Position numbers and translations under genes: made by a program. A DNA stretch of 64,000 bases from Chitinophaga pinensis (lineage in GTDB: Bacteria; Bacteroidota; Bacteroidia; UKL13-3), in assembly GCA_945870425.1 (NCBI GenBank), contig CAMBSD010000012.1:2923-66922 (forward strand), given 5' to 3'. Shown here in pieces: positions 57,496-64,000 of the stretch (its first letter is position 1; each line of letters starts with the position of its first letter). The notes below the pieces were generated by a model. That model was given only the letters and a program-made list of their open reading frames with translations, made no database searches and was not told the DNA's origin.

Positions 57496-58275
57496 CTATT
57501 TACCCTCAAACTTCGGTTTCCTTTTTTCAACAAAGGCTTGCATACCTTCTTTTTGGTCTTCGCTGGCAAAACACATATAAAAGTTTTTACGTTCAAAGTA
57601 AAGTCCCTCTTGCAATCCGCTATCGAATGCTTTTAATACAGACTCTTTAGCCAATCTTATTGAAATTGGGCTCATTTGTGTAACTTCTTTTGCCAACTTA
57701 ACTGCTTCGTCCAAATACAATTCCTCGGCCACTACCCTATTCACCAATCCAGCTTTCATGGCTTCTTCGGCTGAAATAAATTTGCCTGTTAATACCATTT
57801 CCATGGCAAGAGCTTTACCCACGGCTCTGGTAAGTCGCTGTGTGCCACCTGCACCTGGCATAATACCTATTTTAATTTCTGGTTGACCAAATTTAGCAGT
57901 CTCACTAGCCACAATCATGTCGCAGGTCATGGCCAACTCGCAACCTCCACCCAAAGCAAATCCGCTAACAGCAGCTATTATTGGCTTCTTGGTCTTTCTA
58001 ATTTGGTCCCAAGTTTCAAACTGATCAATTTTCAACAAATCAATAGCAGTCTTGCTTTCCATTTGTTTGATATCGGCACCCGCAGCAAAAGCTTGTTGGT
58101 TACCCGTTATAATTATACATCTCACATTATCATCTTCGTCCAAACTGGCCAGGGCTGCTTTAAGCTCAAGCATCAATTGAAGGTTCAATGCATTTAATTC
58201 TTTAGGGCGATTAAGCCTAATGATTGCTATGTGTGGTTGGTATTCTGATTCAACCAAGATAAATTCGTAGTTCAT
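57496..58275 (-). CDS. enoyl-CoA hydratase (crotonase family)
   Basis: Starts at Met8 of ORF 57496..58296. AFAAGADI and AAVSGFALGGGCELAMTCD. Confidence 0.85.
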   Translation of the reverse strand: MNYEFILVESEYQPHIAIIRLNRPKELNALNLQLMLELKAALASLDEDDNVRCIIITGNQQAFAAGADIKQMESKTAIDLLKIDQFETWDQIRKTKKPIIAAVSGFALGGGCELAMTCDMIVASETAKFGQPEIKIGIMPGAGGTQRLTRAVGKALAMEMVLTGKFISAEEAMKAGLVNRVVAEELYLDEAVKLAKEVTQMSPISIRLAKESVLKAFDSGLQEGLYFERKNFYMCFASEDQKEGMQAFVEKRKPKFEGK

Positions 58276-58397
58276 TTTCGAAAAATTATGTGGCAATATT
58301 AATTTTTAATTTTCGAGAAAAATATAGCTTTATACAGCATTGGGCAAAGATTAAAGGATAGAGACAAATAAATTTATTAATATTTCTTGTCACAGTG

Positions 58398-58427
58398 TTG
58401 CATTTTATAAAAAATATCAGATATTTG
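58398..58427 (+). promoter_or_regulatory. candidate promoter of rpmB-rpmG-DUF4295
   Basis: TTG at 58398-58400 and GAtaTTTG (7/8) at 58420-58427, followed by CAGCCC. The same TTTGCAGCCC string sits upstream of the tRNA-Met. Confidence 0.4.
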
Positions 58428-58453
58428 CAGCCCTTATAAAGAAAAACACGGCA

Positions 58454-58684
58454 ATGAGAGTTTGTGATTTAACCGGTAAGAAAGCGATAAAAGGAAACAA
58501 TGTATCGCATTCCAATGCCAAAACAAAAAGACGTTTTTACCCAAATTTACAGGAGAAAAAATTTTTCATCCCTGAGGAAAATCGTTGGATTAGATTGAAA
58601 GTATCAACTAAAGCTATTAAAACCATCAACAAAAAAGGCATAAATGCTGTGTTGAACGATTTTATACGTGATGGTATAATTTAA
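58454..58684 (+). CDS. rpmB: 50S ribosomal protein L28
   Basis: [33 protein letters not shown]. Confidence 0.95.
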   Translation: MRVCDLTGKKAIKGNNVSHSNAKTKRRFYPNLQEKKFFIPEENRWIRLKVSTKAIKTINKKGINAVLNDFIRDGII

Positions 58685-58701
58685 CAATAGGAGAATACGA
58701 A

Positions 58702-58884
58702 ATGGCAAGAAATAGAAATAGGATACAAGTTATACTTGAGTGTACCGAGCATAAAACTACGGGCATGCCAGGTATGAGTAGATATATTACTACCAAAAAC
58801 AAAAAAAACACAACCGAACGACTTGAGTTGAAAAAATTCAACAATGTTTTGAGACGTGTTACTGTTCATAAAGAAATTAAATAA
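58702..58884 (+). CDS. rpmG: 50S ribosomal protein L33
   Basis: [21 protein letters not shown]...[17 protein letters not shown]. Confidence 0.95.
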   Translation: MARNRNRIQVILECTEHKTTGMPGMSRYITTKNKKNTTERLELKKFNNVLRRVTVHKEIK

Positions 58885-58897
58885 AGGAGCGTAAAAA

Positions 58898-59047
58898 ATG
58901 GCTAAGAAAGTTGTTGCAACATTAAAAACCGGTTCGGGCAAAGAATTTGCTAAAGTTTACCGTGCAGTAAAAAACAAAAAAGGAGCATACTCTTTTAAAT
59001 CTGAAATCGTACCTAACGATAGCGTAAAAGGCTATTTCAAAGGTTAA
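58898..59047 (+). CDS. DUF4295-family small protein (49 aa) conserved after rpmB-rpmG in Bacteroidota
   Basis: Hand translation gives MAKKVVATLKTGSGKEFAKVYRAVKNKKGAYSFKSEIVPNDSVKGYFKG. It falls below the ORF-track length cutoff. An AGGAG-like sequence precedes it. Confidence 0.7.
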   Translation: MAKKVVATLKTGSGKEFAKVYRAVKNKKGAYSFKSEIVPNDSVKGYFKG

Positions 59048-59072
59048 TTTCGATAATAAATTATTCAAACGA

Positions 59073-59104
59073 AAGCATCCTGATACAATTCAGGGTGCTT
59101 TTTG
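59073..59104 (+). terminator. rho-independent terminator of the r-protein operon
   Basis: AAGCATCCTGA-tacaat-TCAGGGTGCTT followed by TTTT. Confidence 0.75.
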
Positions 59105-59178
59105 TATTTTATTTTATGCCAATTCATCCAAATTATGAATTGTATTAGCATATTTGCAAGTATTATCAATTAAGTAGC

Positions 59179-60132
59179 ATGGGAATATTCAGTTTTTTTA
59201 GCAAGGAGAAAAAAGAAAAACTCGACCAAGGTCTTGAAAAAACGAAGACAAGCTTGTTTGAAAAAATAAGTAAAGCGCTTGTTGGCAAATCCTCTGTAGA
59301 TGATGATTTTTTAGATAAACTTGAAGAAATTCTTGTGACAAGTGATGTGGGAATTGAAACCACACTCAAAATAATTGATAGGTTGCAAAAGCGAGTTGCC
59401 AAAGACAAATACACAGGCACTAGCGAATTACAAAACCTCCTGCGCCAAGAAATTGCCCTGCTATTAGATGAAAACAAAAGCGAAATCCCAGTGGATTTTA
59501 GCGACTTGCAAGGCAAAAAGCCCTATGTGATAATGGTTGTTGGGGTTAACGGAGTGGGAAAAACAACCACGATAGGCAAACTTGCCAACCAATTTAAAAA
59601 AGCAGGAAAGAAAGTAGTTTTAGGTGCGGGGGATACTTTTAGAGCGGCTGCGGTTCAACAATTAAAAATTTGGGGTGAGCGAAATGAGGTGCATGTGGTA
59701 GAACATGGCATGAACACCGACCCTGCTTCAGTTGCCTTTGATGCTGTGAAATATGCAGTTGACAATGGTGCCGATGTTTGTATTATAGATACGGCTGGCC
59801 GATTACACAATAAAATCAACCTAATGACCGAATTATCCAAAATTAAACGTGTGATGAGTAAGGTTTTAGATGGCACACCCCATGAAATACTTTTGGTATT
59901 GGACGCTTCAACAGGGCAAAATGCCTTTGAACAAGCCAAACAATTCACAGCCGCAACCGAAGTAAATGCACTTGCGTTAACTAAATTAGATGGCACTGCC
60001 AAAGGTGGTGTGGTGATTGGCGTGGCAGACCAATTTAAAATACCTGTGAAATATATTGGTGTAGGAGAAGGAATTGATGATCTGCAATTATTCAACAAAC
60101 ACGAGTTCGTAGATTCCTTGTTTAAGAGTTAG
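59179..60132 (+). CDS. ftsY: signal recognition particle receptor FtsY
   Basis: GVNGVGKTTTIGKLA, DTAGRLH and TKLDGTAKGG. Confidence 0.95.
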   Translation: MGIFSFFSKEKKEKLDQGLEKTKTSLFEKISKALVGKSSVDDDFLDKLEEILVTSDVGIETTLKIIDRLQKRVAKDKYTGTSELQNLLRQEIALLLDENKSEIPVDFSDLQGKKPYVIMVVGVNGVGKTTTIGKLANQFKKAGKKVVLGAGDTFRAAAVQQLKIWGERNEVHVVEHGMNTDPASVAFDAVKYAVDNGADVCIIDTAGRLHNKINLMTELSKIKRVMSKVLDGTPHEILLVLDASTGQNAFEQAKQFTAATEVNALALTKLDGTAKGGVVIGVADQFKIPVKYIGVGEGIDDLQLFNKHEFVDSLFKS

Positions 60133-60345
60133 CCACCGATTTCACAAATTATCACAGAAAATTTTTGAAAAGATTTGTCTGACAACTCACATTTAAATGG
60201 ATTAAGTTTAAATGGAGGAATGAATGATACCTGATAACAGAAATTTTATACTAATTATAGAATAGATTAATAATAGCCATACATATCATTTGAAAACGGA
60301 GAATTTTAATCAGCGTAATCTGTGCAATCTGTGGCTAAATAAAAC

Positions 60346-61656
60346 ATGAAAACAAAAAACAAAAAGCAAGATAAAATAAACATCATTACACTTGGATGTA
60401 GCAAAAATATTGTTGATAGCGAAGTGTTATATAGCCAACTTAAAGCAAACGATTTTGACGTAACACATGAGTCGGCTAAGGATGATGCCAATATAGTAGT
60501 TATCAATACCTGTGGTTTTATAGACAATGCTAAGCAAGAAAGCATTGATACCATTCTTAGGTATGCTGAGGCCAAACAAACAGGAGAAATAGACAAATTA
60601 TATGTGACTGGCTGTTTAAGTCAAAGGTATAAGCCAGATTTGGAAAAAGAAATTCCAGATGTGGATGAATATTTCGGCACACTTCATTTGCCTCAATTAA
60701 TTAAAACCCTAGGTGCGGATTATAAACATGAACTTATTGGAGAAAGGTTATTAACCACCCCTAGCCATTATGCCTATTTAAAAATTGCTGAAGGCTGCGA
60801 TAGACCTTGCTCATTCTGCGCCATTCCCATCATGAGAGGTAAGCACGTTTCCAAATCTTTTGAAGAAATAGAAACTGAAGTGAAAAATTTGGTTAAAAAT
60901 GGAACTAAAGAAATATTACTTATTGCCCAAGATAGCACCTATTATGGCCTAGATTTATATGGCGAAAGGAAATTAGCGGAACTATTAAGACGTATTTCTG
61001 ATATCGAAGGTGCAGAATGGATCAGGTTGCATTATGCATACCCAAGTCAGTTTCCTTTGGATGCCTTGGAAGTAATAGCAGAAAGAAAAAATATTTGTAA
61101 ATATATAGACATCCCTCTTCAACATACCAGCGACAATATGTTGAAAATTATGCGCAGGGGAATAACTACTGCAAGAACCCAAGAAGTGGTTGACAATATA
61201 CGAGCTAAAGTTCCAGGTATTGCAATTAGAACCACTTTAATAGCTGGTCATCCAGGCGAAACCGAACAAGACTTTGAAGATTTATGCGAATTTGTTAAAC
61301 GAAATCGATTTGATAGACTTGGTATTTTCACCTATAGTCATGAAGATGGAACACATGCAGGCACCATGTTAGATGATGTGCCGCAAGAAGTAAAAGAAGA
61401 TCGTGCTGCCATTATCATGGAGATACAACAAGGCATTTCTGCAGAGATAAACCAAGAGAAGATTGGCAAAACATACAGAGTTTTGTTTGATAGAAAAGAA
61501 AATGGTATGTGGGTGGGAAGGACCGAATTTGATAGCCCTGAGGTTGACAATGAAGTATTGGTAGACGCTAAAAAATTCTATGCCAAAATTGGAGACTTTG
61601 CCAATGTTAAAATAACCCATGCCGAGGATTTTGATTTGTATGGCGAAATAGTGTAA
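60346..61656 (+). CDS. rimO: ribosomal protein S12 methylthiotransferase
   Basis: MTTase N-terminal domain (ITLGCSKN, NTCGF), radical SAM CDRPCSFCAIP, and a C-terminal TRAM domain. Confidence 0.9.
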   Translation: MKTKNKKQDKINIITLGCSKNIVDSEVLYSQLKANDFDVTHESAKDDANIVVINTCGFIDNAKQESIDTILRYAEAKQTGEIDKLYVTGCLSQRYKPDLEKEIPDVDEYFGTLHLPQLIKTLGADYKHELIGERLLTTPSHYAYLKIAEGCDRPCSFCAIPIMRGKHVSKSFEEIETEVKNLVKNGTKEILLIAQDSTYYGLDLYGERKLAELLRRISDIEGAEWIRLHYAYPSQFPLDALEVIAERKNICKYIDIPLQHTSDNMLKIMRRGITTARTQEVVDNIRAKVPGIAIRTTLIAGHPGETEQDFEDLCEFVKRNRFDRLGIFTYSHEDGTHAGTMLDDVPQEVKEDRAAIIMEIQQGISAEINQEKIGKTYRVLFDRKENGMWVGRTEFDSPEVDNEVLVDAKKFYAKIGDFANVKITHAEDFDLYGEIV

Positions 61657-61702
61657 GCTACTATTTCAAAAGTATTTCCTTTAAAAGCTAAACCTATTTT
61701 TT

Positions 61703-63280
61703 ATGAAATTAACCGAATCAGGATTACTTCCTCAAATAAGCATTGACTATCTTAACGAAAAAGATCCGCTCAAAGGTTTTTACCAATATAGCCCAAATAT
61801 TGATTCATTTGCAGATGCCATAAAAAATAAAAGCTTTGGTCAAGATAAAAGGAACTTGCTTTCAGAGGTTTTGTTGGAGCAATACAAGAATTCTGAATTA
61901 GAACTATCGGAGTTAAGCATTTCACAAATTGAAAGCCTAAAAAACGATAACACATACACGGTAACAACGGGTCATCAATTATCCATTTTTACAGGTCCAT
62001 TATACTTCATATATAAGATTGTTACTGCCATCAATTTAGCCAAGCAACTCAATGAAAAATACTCGGATAAACATTTTGTTCCCGTATTTTGGATGGCAAG
62101 TGAGGATCATGATTTTGAAGAGATCAACTCAATAAATCTATTCGGAAAAGATATAAAATGGAATAAACAATCATATCAGCAACCCGTTGGCAGGCTCAAT
62201 CTTGTTGGGCTGAAAGAAGATATGTACAATATTGAACTGATGCTTGGTAGCAAGACAAAGGCAAAATATTGGAGTGAACTTCTTGAGTCGAGTTACAATG
62301 ATAAATACAAGCTAAGTCAAGCCACAAGAAGATTGGTGCATCAACTCTTTGCTAAAGAAGGACTCTTGATAATAGATGCTGATAATGCCAAGTTGAAAAA
62401 CGAGCTAAAACCAATTATCAAAGCAGATATTTTAGAACAGCAAAGTTTCAAAACCATTCAAAAAACGAATGAAGAACTCAGCAAAAACTATAAACTTCAA
62501 ATCAATGGACGCGAAATAAATTTCTTTTACCTACATGATGAATTAGGCCGAAAGCTTATTAGACCTGAAGGTGATGAGTTTAAATTACAAGATACAGATA
62601 TCGTTTTCACAAGAAATGAAATCGAAAACTTGATAGACAGTAAACCGGAATTATTTAGTCCCAATGTGGTTTTGCGTCCCGTATATCAAGAACTTATTTT
62701 ACCCAATTTGGCCTATATTGGAGGCCCAGCCGAAGTGGCTTATTGGTTACAACTGAAGGGCGTTTTTAATAATTATTCAGTTCCATATCCTGTTGTCATG
62801 CAACGCAATTCATTTTTATTATTAGGGTCAAGCCTAAAAACCAAAATAGAAAAATCAGGACTTCAATTAGCTGATTTCTTTACAAACGAATCTGTTTTGC
62901 TAGACAAGTTTGTGAAGTTAAAATCAGAGTCAAATTTCCATATGTATAGCCAACAAATCGAAGTGTTGTTTCAAAAATTAATAGACGAGGCAAAAACCAT
63001 TGACAACCAATTGGGCAAGGATTTATTGGAAACAAAGCTTTCAACAAAAGATTTTTTAAACAAGGCTAATAAAACCTTCAAAAAACAGCAGGAATCCAAA
63101 CTTGAAACGGATATTGAGAAATTATTAAAAACGAAATCTCAAATCTTCCCGAATGGTGTATTTCAAGAAAGGAAAGAAAATATCATGACTTATGGTGTCA
63201 ACACGGAGAAAGATATTATCGATTTGGTTTTAGAAAAAGCAGATGCTTTTGGTCAAGATTTAATCATTATTGATTTGTAG
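61703..63280 (+). CDS. bshC: bacillithiol biosynthesis cysteine-adding enzyme BshC (UPF0747)
   Basis: 525 aa. Blocks TGHQLSIFTGPLYFIYKI, FWMASEDHD, LRPVYQE..LPN.AYIGGP.E..YW. Family recalled from memory. Confidence 0.7.
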   Translation: MKLTESGLLPQISIDYLNEKDPLKGFYQYSPNIDSFADAIKNKSFGQDKRNLLSEVLLEQYKNSELELSELSISQIESLKNDNTYTVTTGHQLSIFTGPLYFIYKIVTAINLAKQLNEKYSDKHFVPVFWMASEDHDFEEINSINLFGKDIKWNKQSYQQPVGRLNLVGLKEDMYNIELMLGSKTKAKYWSELLESSYNDKYKLSQATRRLVHQLFAKEGLLIIDADNAKLKNELKPIIKADILEQQSFKTIQKTNEELSKNYKLQINGREINFFYLHDELGRKLIRPEGDEFKLQDTDIVFTRNEIENLIDSKPELFSPNVVLRPVYQELILPNLAYIGGPAEVAYWLQLKGVFNNYSVPYPVVMQRNSFLLLGSSLKTKIEKSGLQLADFFTNESVLLDKFVKLKSESNFHMYSQQIEVLFQKLIDEAKTIDNQLGKDLLETKLSTKDFLNKANKTFKKQQESKLETDIEKLLKTKSQIFPNGVFQERKENIMTYGVNTEKDIIDLVLEKADAFGQDLIIIDL

Positions 63281-63378
63281 TTTCCTTTGTTTAATGATTA
63301 TTTTAACTTAGTAATTTAGGATTTCGAATGAGTATTATATAATTCAAATATGTAATTTTAACCCTGTTTCCTCTCCTT

Positions 63379-64000
63379 CTATTTGATGTTATAAAACAAC
63401 TCAATATTGCCATTGATAAATAAGCCATGATTTGAACCTATGTAACCAATAGCTGGTAGAGTAGTTATTGGAATACCCTCTTGCTTATACGAATCTACTA
63501 GTCCAGTGTTAATATAGGTTATCAAATAAAATTTATTATTCAATTTAATGAATTTACCTAATTGCAAATCTATTGATTTTGTATAAAAATTCAGTGGAAC
63601 AGAATACGATCTCACATATCCAAATGCATCACTAATATTAACCTCATGATTAATATTATACGAAGAAATTGCAAAACCAAATCCAATAAAATTATTTGTA
63701 AATTTTGGAGACTTCATGTTTGCATTCAGAATCATTTTAAGCCCCACTTTTAGTTGCCCACCTTTAATTTGAAAATTAGTCTCACCTCCGAGTATATCCT
63801 TATAACTATTCCCACCTTTATTATAATATGAAAATGTTGTATTTGAAATAAAAAAGTCAGACAATTTATATGAATAACATCCTGAAAATGCTAGAGCTTT
63901 TTTTATAAATATTGTCTCCGCCACTGGTAAAATCGAAAGACCTACGGACTGTTTGCTAATAAATGAAATACTTTCGCTTTTTTGAGAATTTGAATGCTCA
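63379..64000 (-). CDS. hypothetical beta-rich (possibly outer-membrane) protein; N-terminus probably beyond the window
   Basis: ORF 63379..63924 (GTG). The same frame remains open to base 64000. Alternating hydrophobic pattern, C-terminal ...IELFYNIK. Confidence 0.35.
   Translation of the reverse strand, partial: EHSNSQKSESISFISKQSVGLSILPVAETIFIKKALAFSGCYSYKLSDFFISNTTFSYYNKGGNSYKDILGGETNFQIKGGQLKVGLKMILNANMKSPKFTNNFIGFGFAISSYNINHEVNISDAFGYVRSYSVPLNFYTKSIDLQLGKFIKLNNKFYLITYINTGLVDSYKQEGIPITTLPAIGYIGSNHGLFINGNIELFYNIK

Overview
This is a low-GC chromosomal segment that looks like Bacteroidota. The evidence is three proteins with T9SS C-terminal sorting domains, porT next to ubiE, bshC, a DUF4295 gene after rpmB-rpmG, an atpB-E-F-H-A-G operon without atpDC, and TAnnTTTG-type -7 promoter boxes. 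Most of the window is ordinary housekeeping: anmK, clpC, rlmH, the yhhQ-type preQ transporter, dNK, aroE, engB, ubiE, porT, tgt, the ATP synthase genes, ruvC, tsaE, aroB-aroA-aroC, mtgA, a peroxiredoxin, queA, rpmB/rpmG, ftsY, rimO and bshC. Two regions are not ordinary. (1) At 5.4-6.6 kb, a tRNA-Met(CAT) gene is followed by three tandem ~356-bp cassettes. Each cassette holds a terminator hairpin, a small GIY-YIG nuclease gene (one intact, two decayed) and a degenerate copy of the tRNA 3' half. (2) At 33.8-42.1 kb there is an AT-rich accessory patch. It contains a lipoprotein-anchored CARDB-caspase (peptidase C14) gene split by a single in-frame TAG between the catalytic His and Cys. That gene is translationally coupled to a DUF4384-like secreted protein. 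The patch also holds an orphan membrane protein, a UPF0175/DUF3368 toxin-antitoxin pair with a frameshifted toxin, a MntA/HepT pair whose HEPN His is replaced by Asn, and a DEAD-box helicase. Every intergenic gap there is filled by a structured ~85-155-bp repeat family plus a 106-bp higher-order tandem repeat. Elsewhere I see a decayed RayT/IS200-like Y1 transposase, scattered REP-like boxes, a duplicated ruvC 3' end with hairpin elements, and GCGAAGC-type mini-hairpin terminators. All calls come from reading the sequence and the supplied ORF translations. No database search was run.
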